From assembly GCA_965204035.1 (NCBI GenBank), contig OZ241964.1, forward strand, positions 847,511 through 911,510: a stretch of 64,000 nucleotides of DNA, given 5' to 3'. This document shows, piece by piece, positions 38,767-49,122 of the stretch. Every line of letters starts with the position of its first letter. The first letter of the stretch is position 1. The stretch is from Thermodesulfobacteriota bacterium. Lineage in GTDB: Bacteria > Desulfobacterota_D > UBA1144 > Nemesobacterales > Nemesobacteraceae. The notes beneath the pieces are model-generated. The model was not told the origin of the DNA. It made no database searches and saw nothing but the letters and a program-made list of their open reading frames with translations. The position numbers and the translations under genes are program-made.

Positions 38767-40875
38767 TTGACTGAACAAATAAGACAAATGGAAGCGGAGC
38801 TGTTCGGAAGCAAGCTGCGTCTTGAAACCGGAAGGCTTGCCAAGCAGGCAAACGGTGCTGTGCTCGCTTCCTGCGGAGGAACTACCGTGCTTGCCACGGT
38901 CGTTGCCTCGGAAGAAAAAATAGAAGAAGATTTCCTGCCCCTTACGATTAACTATCAGGAGAAATCTTACGCGGCCGGGAAAATTCCCGGAGGTTATTTT
39001 AAGAGAGAAGGGCGCCCCAGCGAAAAAGAAATTCTTACGTCAAGGCTTATTGACAGGCCGGTAAGACCGCTTATACCCAAGGGGTTTTCCTATCCCACCC
39101 AGGTTATAGTTACGGTTATTTCCGCTGACGGCGAGAACGCCACGGATGTTCTGTCGGTGATAGCGTCTTCAGCCGCGCTGATGGTTTCGGATATTCCGTT
39201 TGCGGGGCCCATAGCGGCTCTCACGGTCGGGAAAGTCGACGGCAACCTTGTTGTAAATCCCTCTCCCGAGCAGCTTGAAACCAGCACTATGGAGATAACC
39301 GTCGCCGGCACCTCGGAAGCCATCGTGATGGTCGAAGGCGGCGCGAAGGAAGTAAGCGAGGCAGAGGTTGTTGAAGCCCTTATGTTCGCCCACGAGGGAA
39401 TCAGGGAAATCGTTTCTTTCGAGAATAGTTTTCTTGAAGGAATCGGCAAGGAAAAAAGACAGATTTCCGTTGTCGAAACGGACGATGCGCTTGAGGGCGA
39501 GGTTCGCTCGACTGCTCTGCCTTTCTTGGAACAGGGGGTAGTTGCCGATTCAAAGGACGGCAGAAAGGATCTGATAAAACAGACTTATGAAGAAGCGATA
39601 AAAAAGCTTGTTGAGGACCGTCCGGAAGACAAATCCAAAATTGACAAGGCGTTTGACGAGCTGATCAAAGATTCCGTGAGAAGCAGGATAGTGGATGGTA
39701 CGAGACCCGACGGAAGGGACTACACGACGGTGAGGTCCATATGGGGCGAGGTGGGACTTCTTGAGAGGACCCACGGTTCGGCGCTTTTTACCCGCGGAGA
39801 AACCCAGGCCATAGTTGTCGCGACTCTGGGAACTTCGTACGACGAGCAGAGAATCGACGCGCTTGAAGGCGACCAGACAAGAAGCTTCATGCTGCACTAC
39901 AATTTCCCTCCTTATTCCGTTGGAGAGACGAGCAACCGGCTGGGTCCAGGAAGAAGAGAGATAGGACACGGCGCGCTTGCCGCGAGGGCGATAAAACCCG
40001 TCCTGCCGGATAAAGAGGACTTTCCCTACACTATCAGGATCGTTTCCGAGATCCTTGAGTCAAACGGTTCTTCTTCAATGGCGACCGTGTGCGGTTCCTC
40101 GATGTCTCTTATGGACGCGGGTGTGCCCATAAGCGCTTCCGTGGCCGGCATAGCCATGGGGCTTATAAAGGAAGGGGACAATTTCGTCATTCTCTCCGAT
40201 ATTCTCGGCGATGAGGATCATCTCGGGGACATGGATTTCAAGGTGGCCGGCACCAAAGACGGCATCACCGCCTTGCAGATGGATATCAAGATAACCGGCA
40301 TAACCGAGGATATCCTCACGACCGCGCTTGGTCAGGCAAAAGATGGCAGGATGCATATACTCGGGAAAATGGATGAGGTAATCGCCGGACCCAGAGAGGA
40401 ACTTTCCGACTACGCCCCGAGAATTCTTACAATGCAGCTTAAGCCCGATAAGGTGAAGGTCGTGATAGGTTCGGGCGGCAAGACCATAAAGAAGATAGTC
40501 GAGGACACGGGAGCGCAGATAGACATACAGGATGACGGTCTCGTGAAGATTTTCTCCCCCGACTACGAAGCCTGCAAGAAGGCCGAGAACATCATAAAAA
40601 GAATCGTTGAGGACATAGTCGCCGGCAAGCTGTATGTCGGCGTGGTCAAGCGCATTCTGGATTTCGGAGCGATAGTTGAGCTTGGTCCTGGAAAAGACGG
40701 GCTTCTGCACATCTCCGAACTTGAAAACCGCAGGGTTGAAAAGGTAACCGATATCCTGAACGAAAAGGACGAGGTTCTCGTAAAGTGTCTCGAAGTTGCG
40801 CGTGACGGCAGGGTGAGGCTCAGCAGAAAAGCAGTGCTTGACCAGAACATAGAAGACTACAGGATTTCCGATTAA
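38767..40875 (+). CDS. pnp: Polyribonucleotide nucleotidyltransferase
   Basis: KIPGGYFKREGRP, RREIGHG, ESNGSSSMA and DEDHLGDMDFKVAG motifs, plus KH and S1 domains. Confidence 0.98.
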   Translation: MTEQIRQMEAELFGSKLRLETGRLAKQANGAVLASCGGTTVLATVVASEEKIEEDFLPLTINYQEKSYAAGKIPGGYFKREGRPSEKEILTSRLIDRPVRPLIPKGFSYPTQVIVTVISADGENATDVLSVIASSAALMVSDIPFAGPIAALTVGKVDGNLVVNPSPEQLETSTMEITVAGTSEAIVMVEGGAKEVSEAEVVEALMFAHEGIREIVSFENSFLEGIGKEKRQISVVETDDALEGEVRSTALPFLEQGVVADSKDGRKDLIKQTYEEAIKKLVEDRPEDKSKIDKAFDELIKDSVRSRIVDGTRPDGRDYTTVRSIWGEVGLLERTHGSALFTRGETQAIVVATLGTSYDEQRIDALEGDQTRSFMLHYNFPPYSVGETSNRLGPGRREIGHGALAARAIKPVLPDKEDFPYTIRIVSEILESNGSSSMATVCGSSMSLMDAGVPISASVAGIAMGLIKEGDNFVILSDILGDEDHLGDMDFKVAGTKDGITALQMDIKITGITEDILTTALGQAKDGRMHILGKMDEVIAGPREELSDYAPRILTMQLKPDKVKVVIGSGGKTIKKIVEDTGAQIDIQDDGLVKIFSPDYEACKKAENIIKRIVEDIVAGKLYVGVVKRILDFGAIVELGPGKDGLLHISELENRRVEKVTDILNEKDEVLVKCLEVARDGRVRLSRKAVLDQNIEDYRISD

Positions 40876-40884
40876 CCCCCACAG

Positions 40885-41817
40885 TTGAGTCTTTCTCGGG
40901 AAAAACCGAAGCTGATAGTTGTCTTAGGACCTACAGCTTCGGGCAAGACCGAAATGGCGCTTGAAATAGCTAGCAGAACCGGCGCTTGCATAGTAAGCGC
41001 CGATTCCGTTCAGGTCTACAGGCATTTCGATATAGGAAGCGCCAAGCCCACCCGGGAGCAGAGACGGGAGATTCCCCATTTCCTTATAGATGTCGCGGAC
41101 CCCGATGAGGATTTTAACGCCGGCACGTACATGAGGCTTGCCCTTGACCAGATCAAGAGGCTGGTTGCGGACGGCAGGAGGATAGTCGTGGTCGGGGGAA
41201 CTTTTCTTTACGTAAAGGCTCTTCTTTACGGACTTCTCGAAGGTGTTGAGGTTGACCGGGAGTTCAGAGATCGCCTCGCACGCGAGAGGGACGCGAAGGG
41301 AGCGGCGTCGCTTCACAAAAGGCTTGAGGCTGTAGACCCGGTGTCCGCCGGGCGGATAAACCCGAATGATTACGTAAGAATTGAAAGAGCGCTTGAAGTC
41401 CATCACACGACGGGCGAGCGCATGTCGGATCATCACCTGCGGCACGGCTTTACGGAACAGAGGTTTAACGCCCTTAAGATAGGCCTCCACGGGGAACGGG
41501 AGCACCTTCGCCGCACTATAGACGAGAGGGTTGACGCGATGATTGACCGCGGCTGGGTCGAAGAAGTAAAAGCTATAAGGGCCAGGGGATACGGACCCGA
41601 TTTAAAACCCATGAAGTCCATAGGTTACAAGCGGATAAACGAGTTCCTTGACAGTCGGCTTGATTTTGAGACGGCGGTTGAAAAAATAAAGACGGACACC
41701 AAAAGATTTTCCAAAAGACAGTCCACCTGGCTTCGCGCGGATGACGGCATAAAATGGTTTGATCCCGCGGAAGGAAAGGATATTGTTCTGGATGCCTGCT
41801 CAGAGTTTTCTGACTGA
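40885..41817 (+). CDS. miaA: tRNA dimethylallyltransferase
   Basis: GPTASGKT, SADSVQVY, DIGSAKP and KRQSTW motifs. Confidence 0.95.
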   Translation: MSLSREKPKLIVVLGPTASGKTEMALEIASRTGACIVSADSVQVYRHFDIGSAKPTREQRREIPHFLIDVADPDEDFNAGTYMRLALDQIKRLVADGRRIVVVGGTFLYVKALLYGLLEGVEVDREFRDRLARERDAKGAASLHKRLEAVDPVSAGRINPNDYVRIERALEVHHTTGERMSDHHLRHGFTEQRFNALKIGLHGEREHLRRTIDERVDAMIDRGWVEEVKAIRARGYGPDLKPMKSIGYKRINEFLDSRLDFETAVEKIKTDTKRFSKRQSTWLRADDGIKWFDPAEGKDIVLDACSEFSD

Positions 41818-41942
41818 TTCTCTTTTCACAGGTCCAGTCTGTGCGCGTTTTGAATTTCCCGGCCTGAGCCAGCAGGTCTTTTCGCTTAAAATCGTCTCGG
41901 TTGCCGTTTAGAGACGTCTGGTGTGAGTTACTAATTCGTACC

Positions 41943-42275
41943 CTATTTGGAAATCCGGGTATTGCCGGATCTTTTTGATGCCGCTCTCTGTCTCTTTTTC
42001 CCTTGGAGCTTTAGCATTTCAATCGGACTGAAAGGCCGGTCGGGAATGAGATTTTCCAGATTCTCAAGTTGCTCCAGCATCCTCATGATGCCTATAATGA
42101 CCTCGAATCTGGCCCTGCCCTTGATCGCCTTGCGGTAAGTCCCCTCGGAGATGCCGAGTTCATAAGCGATTTCTTTTTGCGGCTTGTTAGCTTCAAGACG
42201 AAGCTGCTCCAGTCTGCGCCCGAGTTCTTCAGCTATGGCTAAGTCGGTCATGGCATAAAGATTCTTTCTGATCAT
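41943..42275 (-). CDS. Orphan XRE/HipB-like HTH transcriptional regulator
   Basis: AIAEELGRRLEQLRLEANKPQKEIAYELGIS...SPIEMLKLQGKKRQRA resembles hipA-associated antitoxins. No hipA downstream. Confidence 0.75.
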   Translation of the reverse strand: MIRKNLYAMTDLAIAEELGRRLEQLRLEANKPQKEIAYELGISEGTYRKAIKGRARFEVIIGIMRMLEQLENLENLIPDRPFSPIEMLKLQGKKRQRAASKRSGNTRISK

Positions 42276-42298
42276 CCTTTTCCAGTCTCTCCTATAAA

Positions 42299-42355
42299 CA
42301 GCAATAATTTGATGCTAAAGCCTATATAAAGCCTATAAGCAGCATTTTACTGATG
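42299..42355. promoter_or_regulatory. Two CAGCA-N6-TGATG imperfect palindromes flanking a TAAAGCCTATA x2 tandem; likely operators
   Basis: Boxes at 42299-42314 and 42340-42355, tandem repeat at 42316-42337, immediately upstream of the HTH gene. Confidence 0.5.
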
Positions 42356-42406
42356 GTTAGAATTAAAGCAATGAAGGTATTGAACGGCAATTAATGCTGA
42401 ATTCGG

Positions 42407-42805
42407 TTATTCCTTTTCCTCAACCCTGTATGTGCGAATGGTTCTCAGGATTATCGCCCCGCCTATAAGTACGGAAAGTACGGGCAGGAGCCATAATATG
42501 ACGCTGAATCCTCTGGGCGGAGGGGATGCGAGGATAGTCTCTCCGTAGCTCGAGATGAAATAATCTATTATCTCTTCCTTTGAATGACCTTCAAGCAGTT
42601 TTGTTTTTATGATGGCCCTCATGTCCCTGGCAAGCTGGGCGTTTGATTCCGCGACACTCTGCCCCTCGCACACCGGGCACATGAGTTCTCCCGAGATGTC
42701 GGCGATCTGGTCTTCAAGCGTGTCCGCGTTCACTTGGAAGGCGACAAGAAGGGCCAGGGACAAGACAAGTCCCCCACTCAGGATCTTATGAAAAAAACGG
42801 TTCAT
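42407..42805 (-). CDS. ccmH: Cytochrome c biogenesis protein CcmH (N-terminal redox domain)
   Basis: LMCPVCEGQSVAESNA, YGETILASPP and LWLLP motifs. Confidence 0.9.
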   Translation of the reverse strand: MNRFFHKILSGGLVLSLALLVAFQVNADTLEDQIADISGELMCPVCEGQSVAESNAQLARDMRAIIKTKLLEGHSKEEIIDYFISSYGETILASPPPRGFSVILWLLPVLSVLIGGAIILRTIRTYRVEEKE

Positions 42806-43365
42806 GGGTTTTCAGTCCCCGGGCTCTGCCCGTTGTAAAGAGCAGCGTTCTTTATATAGCGTATGATCATTCTTTCGGTAAGCGGACCCCTGTGCTTGGC
42901 GGTTATAACTCCCTCGGGGTTTACGAAGAAGGTCTCAGGAACCCCTCCCACTCCGTAATCCAGGTGCACCCTGTTTTCCGGGTCGTAAATGTTGACGAAA
43001 GTTCCCCCGAACGATTTTACGTATTCCTCGGCGCTTTTTCTGTCGTCCATTACGTTTATTCCTATGAACTCAACCTGGTTGTGCGAAAGAGACATGTAAG
43101 CCCTCTCAAGCGCGGGAGCCTCCTCTCTGCAGGGATGACACCAGGACGCCCAGAAATTCACAAGCAATGTCTTTCCCCGAAAATCAGAAAGCCTTACCTT
43201 CTCCCCGTTAAACGATTTCAGCGCGAACTCGGGCGCGGGTTTTCCCACAAGCTGCGAGGGATTCTGAAGGTTTCCTTTTTCCGAAAGCCCGTTCCAGAGC
43301 GTGTAGGCAAGCAGGGCTATGATAAGGACGGTGAGAATCTTCGGGACTGCGTTTGATATTTTCAT
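42802..43365 (-). CDS. TlpA/CcmG-type thiol-disulfide oxidoreductase
   Basis: N-terminal TM, NFWASWCHPC and GVPETFF; coupled to ccmH. Confidence 0.88.
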   Translation of the reverse strand: MKISNAVPKILTVLIIALLAYTLWNGLSEKGNLQNPSQLVGKPAPEFALKSFNGEKVRLSDFRGKTLLVNFWASWCHPCREEAPALERAYMSLSHNQVEFIGINVMDDRKSAEEYVKSFGGTFVNIYDPENRVHLDYGVGGVPETFFVNPEGVITAKHRGPLTERMIIRYIKNAALYNGQSPGTENP

Positions 43366-43447
43366 ACAAGGAACCTGTTCTTTCTAGCCTTAAGTTTTCT
43401 TTTGGTTATTATTCCTGCGACTGCCCCGTTTATTATAATAGATTTTC

Positions 43448-45682
43448 ATGAAAAAGCTGATAATTGTATCCAACAGGCTGCCGACGACCGTTCGGGAGGA
43501 AAACGGAAAGCTTTTCTTTGATCCGAGCGTGGGAGGAGTGGCTACGGGGCTCAGTTCCCTCGATACCGATTACGAAAAATGCTGGATAGGATGGCCGGGG
43601 ATAGATTACGGAAGTCTGTCTGGGGAGCAGGTTTCGGAAATGGAGCGGCGGCTCGCAGAGGAAAACTTCTATCCCGTGGGTCTGAGCGCAGAAGAGGTAA
43701 AAGACTATTACCAGGGGTTTTGCAACGAAGTAATATGGCCTATCTTTCATTATTTCGTCCAGTACGGAACCTATAAAAAAGAGTTCTGGGAATCATACAT
43801 CAGTGTGAACACCAAGTTCGCCAGCGCCATACTCGATGTGGCGAGTGAAGGGGACTACATCTGGGTCCACGATTATCATCTTATGCTCGTCCCCGAGCTT
43901 GTGAAGAAGCAGCTGCCCAAATCAAGCATCGGTTTTTTTCTGCACATACCTTTTCCGTCTTCCGAGATTTTCAGACTTATTCCGTGGTGCCGGGAAATAA
44001 TACAGGGGCTTACTGGGGCTGATCTCATAGGTTTTCACACTTTTGACTACGTGAGGCATTTTGCCGAAAGCGTAAGAAGGATACTGGGGCACGAGCATTC
44101 CCTGGGGCGGTTTATAATCGGGGAAAGAGAGATAAGAACCGATACTTTTCCTATGGGGATCGATTACGAGAAGTTCTCCTCCGCGCCGAAGAAGCGAAGC
44201 ATCCAGAAAAGAAAAGACGAATTCAGAAACCTCTTGGGAAATGACCGGAAGGTTATCCTTTCCATAGACCGCCTCGATTACTCAAAGGGAATTCCGGAGA
44301 GACTGAGGGCGTTTGATCTTTTCCTCGAGAAAAATCCCGAGCTTAGGGAGAAAGTGGTTCTTTTGCTTGTCGCGGTGCCTTCGAGAACAGAAGTGGTTCA
44401 CTACAAGATACTGAAGAACGAAGTTGACAATCTGGTCGGCGCGATAAACGGTCGCTACGACACTATCGGCTGGAATCCCATTCACTACATGTACAGATCT
44501 TTCGGTTTCGAGGACCTGATTTCCCTTTACCTGGCGGCGGACATCCTTTTCATTACTCCCCTTCGCGACGGCATGAACCTGATTGCCAAGGAGTATGTTG
44601 CGGCAAGGCAGAACAAGGCCGGTGTGCTGATACTCGGCGAGATGGCAGGAACCGCGCAGGAATTGAGCGAAGCAATAATCATAAACCCCAATGATTTAGA
44701 GTCCACTTCACAGGCGCTCGAAACCGCCCTTTCCATGACCAAAACGGAGCAGAAAAGACGGATGAAAGCAATGCAGAGTCGTCTCAGCAGATACGATATC
44801 AGGACATGGACGGCGGACTTCATGGAAAGACTTGATGAAACCAAGGAAAGGCAGCTTAAGATGTTTGCCCGAAGATTCAGTCCGGAAATGACAGTCGAAC
44901 TGATTGAAAAATACAGGGCGAGCAGAAACTGTCTTTTTCTGCTTGATTACGACGGTTCACTTGTCTCCTTCAAAAATAATCCGCAGGATGCGAAGCCTGA
45001 TCCGGAAATCTATTCCGCGCTTAGGGAACTTTCCCTGAGGGAAAAAAACGAACTTGTCATCATAAGCGGCAGAGACAGAAATACCCTTGCCAAGTGGCTT
45101 GGGGATGTGACAAACGGCCTTGCGGCCGAGCACGGTCTTTGGATAAGACGCGAAAAGTGGAAGATGTCCGATATCGCTCCGGAGGGATGGAAGGAAGAAA
45201 TAAGGCCCATACTGGAAGTGTTTGTCGACAGGACTCCGGGGTCGCTTATCGAGGAGAAAAATTTTTCCCTGGCCTGGCACTACAGGAAGGTTGATCCGGC
45301 ACTCTCAATAGTGAGAGTAGGGGAGCTTAAGGACATGCTGTCGCACATAACTGCGAATCTGGAGGTCGGGGTGTTGGAAGGAAACAAGGTGGTGGAGATC
45401 AAAGGCTCCTTCATAAACAAAGGCAAGGCGGCTACTCAGTGGCTGAAAGCGAAGAAATGGGACCTTATCATATCCATAGGGGACGACTGGACTGATGAGG
45501 ATATTTTTGAGCAGCTTCCCGAAGATGCCTATTCCATAAAGGTGGGCTTCGGACCGTCAAAAGCCAAGTACAGGGTCCGCTCAACCGCCGAGGCGAGAGA
45601 CCTTCTGTTCTCGCTGGTGGATGCAACCCGCGAGACAGGGGACTTGCCTTCTGAAAGAATAAGGAACGGGAGACGGAAATAA
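43448..45682 (+). CDS. Bifunctional trehalose-6-phosphate synthase/phosphatase (fused OtsA-OtsB)
   Basis: VSNRLP, WVHDYHL, FFLHIPFP, DRLDYSKG and RDGMNL; the HAD part has LDYDGSL and GDDWTDED. Confidence 0.94.
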   Translation: MKKLIIVSNRLPTTVREENGKLFFDPSVGGVATGLSSLDTDYEKCWIGWPGIDYGSLSGEQVSEMERRLAEENFYPVGLSAEEVKDYYQGFCNEVIWPIFHYFVQYGTYKKEFWESYISVNTKFASAILDVASEGDYIWVHDYHLMLVPELVKKQLPKSSIGFFLHIPFPSSEIFRLIPWCREIIQGLTGADLIGFHTFDYVRHFAESVRRILGHEHSLGRFIIGEREIRTDTFPMGIDYEKFSSAPKKRSIQKRKDEFRNLLGNDRKVILSIDRLDYSKGIPERLRAFDLFLEKNPELREKVVLLLVAVPSRTEVVHYKILKNEVDNLVGAINGRYDTIGWNPIHYMYRSFGFEDLISLYLAADILFITPLRDGMNLIAKEYVAARQNKAGVLILGEMAGTAQELSEAIIINPNDLESTSQALETALSMTKTEQKRRMKAMQSRLSRYDIRTWTADFMERLDETKERQLKMFARRFSPEMTVELIEKYRASRNCLFLLDYDGSLVSFKNNPQDAKPDPEIYSALRELSLREKNELVIISGRDRNTLAKWLGDVTNGLAAEHGLWIRREKWKMSDIAPEGWKEEIRPILEVFVDRTPGSLIEEKNFSLAWHYRKVDPALSIVRVGELKDMLSHITANLEVGVLEGNKVVEIKGSFINKGKAATQWLKAKKWDLIISIGDDWTDEDIFEQLPEDAYSIKVGFGPSKAKYRVRSTAEARDLLFSLVDATRETGDLPSERIRNGRRK

Positions 45683-46674
45683 TGGAGTTTGTGGAAATTG
45701 CCGGCACGAAAATAAATTCGTCGAGAATAGGGCTTGGTACCTGGGCGATGGGAGGGTGGCTCTGGGGAGGAAGTGACAGGAAGGAGTGCGTGAGAACGAT
45801 ATACAAGGCGTTTGATAACGGGGTGAATCTGATTGACACAGCCCCTATCTACGGCTTCGGTCTTTCAGAAGAAATTGTGGGAGAAGCGGTTTCTCAGAGC
45901 GGGATGAGAGATGAGCTGATAATCGCGACGAAAGTGGGGCTTGAGTGGGAGAGGGGAGGAATATTCAGAAATTCCCTCCCGGAGAGGATACACAAGGAGA
46001 TTGACGATTCCCTTAGAAGGCTGCGCACCGACCGTATAGATCTTTATCAGATTCACTGGCCCGATCCCCTTGCCCCTGTTGAGGAAACCGCGCAAGCCAT
46101 GGCGGAACTTATTGAAAGCGGAAAGATAAGGGCTGTCGGAGTAAGCAACTATTCGGTTGAGCAGATGGAGATTTTCCGTTCCGTGTGCCCGCTTAACTCG
46201 AGTCAGCCTCCTTACAACCTTTTTGAGAGAGGAATTGAGGATGACGTGCTTCCCTGGTGTGAAGAGCAAGGGGTTACCATGCTTCTCTACGGGGCTTTAT
46301 GCAGAGGGCTTCTGGGCGGGAAGCTGAAAATCGACTCTGAGTTTCAGGGAGATGACATAAGAAATTTTGATCCCAAGTTTCGAAGGCCCGTCTACGATAA
46401 TTACCTCGGCGCGGTTGGAAAGCTGGGGGAGCTTGCCTCCGAGCGTTTCGCAAAGAACGTGCTTGAACTTTCCGTAAGGTGGGTTCTCGATAAATGCAAA
46501 AACGATATCACTCTCTGGGGAGCTAGACGCCCGGGGCAGCTCGATGACCTTGCGGGCACCGTGGGGTGGACCATAGACGATGACTCTATGAATGAAATAG
46601 ACGCGATACTCGATAGTTTCGTCCCGAATCCCATAGGTCCGGAATTCATGGCTCCCGGTCCGAGACCTTTCTAA
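45682..46674 (+). CDS. Aldo/keto reductase (general stress protein type)
   Basis: IGLGTWAMGG, IDTAPIYG, DLYQIHWPD and GVSNY motifs. Confidence 0.92.
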   Translation: MEFVEIAGTKINSSRIGLGTWAMGGWLWGGSDRKECVRTIYKAFDNGVNLIDTAPIYGFGLSEEIVGEAVSQSGMRDELIIATKVGLEWERGGIFRNSLPERIHKEIDDSLRRLRTDRIDLYQIHWPDPLAPVEETAQAMAELIESGKIRAVGVSNYSVEQMEIFRSVCPLNSSQPPYNLFERGIEDDVLPWCEEQGVTMLLYGALCRGLLGGKLKIDSEFQGDDIRNFDPKFRRPVYDNYLGAVGKLGELASERFAKNVLELSVRWVLDKCKNDITLWGARRPGQLDDLAGTVGWTIDDDSMNEIDAILDSFVPNPIGPEFMAPGPRPF

Positions 46675-47336
46675 GCAAAGCTCTTTATGTCTTCAAGGCG
46701 GATTTCAGAAACGCTTTTTCTGAATATGTCGGCCTGAGGGTAGTCTTCTGGCTCTATCCTCCGATCGGGCACCCCGATGCAACGCATTCCGGCCTCTTTG
46801 GCTGACACTATGCCGTTTATGGAATCTTCAATCGCGACGCATTCTTCTGGGCTGACCCCGAGACGCCTTGCGGTTTCAAGGTATATGTCGGGGTGAGGCT
46901 TTCCTCTTTCCACGCAGTCCCCGGAGACTTTTATTCTGAAAGTGCCGGAAAGAGAGAATTTCTTGAGAACAAACTCTATTACTTTCATCGGGGAGCCCGA
47001 GGCGAGAGCCCTTTTTATATGTTTCTCCGCGCTTAGGATTTGAAGGATCTCGGGAATTCCGTCAACGAGTCTGAGTTCCTTTTCGTAAAGTTCGAGAAGG
47101 ATATTAAGACGGGTGTGGAGAATTTCCTCCGGGGATTCATCAAGGCCGAAAGTTTCTTTTAGAAGTTTTACGGAGTCTTTCTGGTTAAGACCCATTATCT
47201 TCTTTCTGTATTCCTTTCTGTAACTTTCGTTCCCCGCAAATCCCTTTTGCCTGAGCATGATAGACTCGCTTTTCTCCCAGAGGGGTTCGCTGTCTATTAT
47301 GACTCCATCCATATCAAATATGACTGCTTTTATCAA
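46671..47336 (-). CDS. HAD-family phosphatase (beta-PGM-like)
   Basis: FDMDGVIIDS, GKPHPDIY and IEDS motifs. Confidence 0.9.
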   Translation of the reverse strand: MIKAVIFDMDGVIIDSEPLWEKSESIMLRQKGFAGNESYRKEYRKKIMGLNQKDSVKLLKETFGLDESPEEILHTRLNILLELYEKELRLVDGIPEILQILSAEKHIKRALASGSPMKVIEFVLKKFSLSGTFRIKVSGDCVERGKPHPDIYLETARRLGVSPEECVAIEDSINGIVSAKEAGMRCIGVPDRRIEPEDYPQADIFRKSVSEIRLEDIKSFA

Positions 47337-47357
47337 TGGACCGGACAGGTGTTTGAA

Positions 47358-47389
47358 AACTGCCTTCCGCGAGATGACGGAAGGCAGTT
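47358..47389 (-). terminator. Intrinsic terminator-like hairpin after the malic enzyme gene
   Basis: 12-bp perfect stem AACTGCCTTCCG/CGGAAGGCAGTT with a short T-run on the minus strand. Confidence 0.65.
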
Positions 47390-47432
47390 AAACGGAGGAT
47401 TGAGGCAATCTCGCAAAACGTTGGTTTTCTTT

Positions 47433-48701
47433 TTAGACCAGATCTTTTATCTTGTCTTCAAGAGATTTCTTATAATCATCAAGATCGATCTTGATTCTGG
47501 AAACGCCGGTTTCCATCGCGGCCTGCGCGACCGCGGCTGACTCCCATACCAGAACTCTGGGATCAAATGGTTTAGGGACTATGTAGTCCGGACCGAACTC
47601 AAATTTCTGGTTTCCGTAGGCCTCGGCCACTTTATCCGGCACGGGCTCCTTTGCGAGCGCCGCGAGTGAGTATGCCGCAGCAACTTTCATTTCGTCGTTT
47701 ATTTTTGTCGCCCTTACGTCAAGCGCTCCCCTGAAGATAAAGGGGAATCCCAGAACGTTATTCACCTGGTTCGCGAAGTCAGAGCGGCCCGTGGCGGTTA
47801 TTACGTCGCTTCTGGCTTCCTTCGCGTCGACAGGAAGTATTTCCGGGTCGGGATTCGCCATGGCGAATATTATAGGATTTTTCGCCATGTTCTTTACATC
47901 TTGCTGATTGATGGCTCCGCCGTTTGAGAGTCCGACGAAAACATCGGCTCCTACAAGCGCGTCCCCTATGGTTCTTTTGTCCGTATCGACAAGGAACCTT
48001 TCTTTCTGGGGATTGAGCCCAGCGTTTCTTCCCTCGTAAATTACGCCCCTGCTGTCGCACATTATTATGTTTTCTCTTTTTGCCCCGAGTGATATGAAGA
48101 ACTCTGCGCACGCGATCGCGGACGCCCCGGCGCCGTTAAACGCCATTTTGAGCTCGCTCATCTTTTTCCCGGTAATCTCACAGGCGTTAAGGAGTCCGGC
48201 TCCCGATATTATCGCGGTTCCGTGCTGGTCGTCGTGGAAAACGGGTATGTCCATCTCTTCTTTAAGCTTGTCTTCTATGTAGAAGCATTCAGGGGCTTTT
48301 ATATCTTCGAGATTTATGCCGCCGAAAGTGGGCTCGAGGTATTTTACGGTCTTTATGAATTCGTCGGGGTCTTCGGTGGCTATTTCAATGTCGTAGGCGT
48401 CAACGTCCGCGAACTTTTTGAAAAGCACCCCCTTTCCTTCCATCACGGGTTTCCCCGCCAGGGCGCCCAGGTTTCCGAGTCCCAGTATGGCGGTGCCGTT
48501 TGAAGCTACCGCGACCAGATTTCCCCTGTTTGTGTATTCATAAGAGAGATCTTCGTCCTTGTCTATTTCCCTGCAGGGCTCAGCGACTCCGGGGGAGTAC
48601 GCAAGAGAGAGCTCCCAAGCCGTGTCACAGGGTTTTGTCGGCAGGACTTCGAGTTTTCCTTTTCTTCCGCTCCTATGATACTCAAGGGCGGCTTCCTTCA
48701 T
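47433..48701 (-). CDS. NAD(P)-dependent malic enzyme (no PTA domain)
   Basis: [35 protein letters not shown] and [10 protein letters not shown] motifs. Confidence 0.93.
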   Translation of the reverse strand: MKEAALEYHRSGRKGKLEVLPTKPCDTAWELSLAYSPGVAEPCREIDKDEDLSYEYTNRGNLVAVASNGTAILGLGNLGALAGKPVMEGKGVLFKKFADVDAYDIEIATEDPDEFIKTVKYLEPTFGGINLEDIKAPECFYIEDKLKEEMDIPVFHDDQHGTAIISGAGLLNACEITGKKMSELKMAFNGAGASAIACAEFFISLGAKRENIIMCDSRGVIYEGRNAGLNPQKERFLVDTDKRTIGDALVGADVFVGLSNGGAINQQDVKNMAKNPIIFAMANPDPEILPVDAKEARSDVITATGRSDFANQVNNVLGFPFIFRGALDVRATKINDEMKVAAAYSLAALAKEPVPDKVAEAYGNQKFEFGPDYIVPKPFDPRVLVWESAAVAQAAMETGVSRIKIDLDDYKKSLEDKIKDLV

Positions 48702-48806
48702 GTTTTTATCGCCTTCGCACATTTTTGGACCGATCCTCCATCGGGTGTTTTAAAATGAAAAGTTAATTATATACAGAGATAAATTTTGTGCAATTGCATT
48801 GGGAAA

Positions 48807-49028
48807 TCAGCAGCAAGAGCAGGACGGTTGCGGGTGCGAGCAGTTCCCCGAATCCCCGCTCTCGGAAATTTCAGGACTCCCGTCGCCGCTGCCAAGGCCG
48901 AAAGTCGAGAATTGCTTTCCGATGTTCTCCGAGTCGCAAATCGTACATTTTATGGTTTCGTCTGGGTCAAGCACCAGGAATTCGAATTCCTCGCCGCAGT
49001 CGGAGCATTCGTATTCGTATAAGGGCAT
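48807..49028 (-). CDS. FmdB-family zinc-ribbon protein
   Basis: MPLYEYECSDCG...CTICDS with a Cys-rich tail; GGAGGT RBS. Confidence 0.85.
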   Translation of the reverse strand: MPLYEYECSDCGEEFEFLVLDPDETIKCTICDSENIGKQFSTFGLGSGDGSPEISESGDSGNCSHPQPSCSCC

Positions 49029-49122
49029 TTCTACCTCCAATTAAATATCAGTAACAAATATAAAAAATATTTACGCGGTTTCAAGTTTTAAACCACGGGT
49101 TAAACTGTTTTGCGAAAAGACA

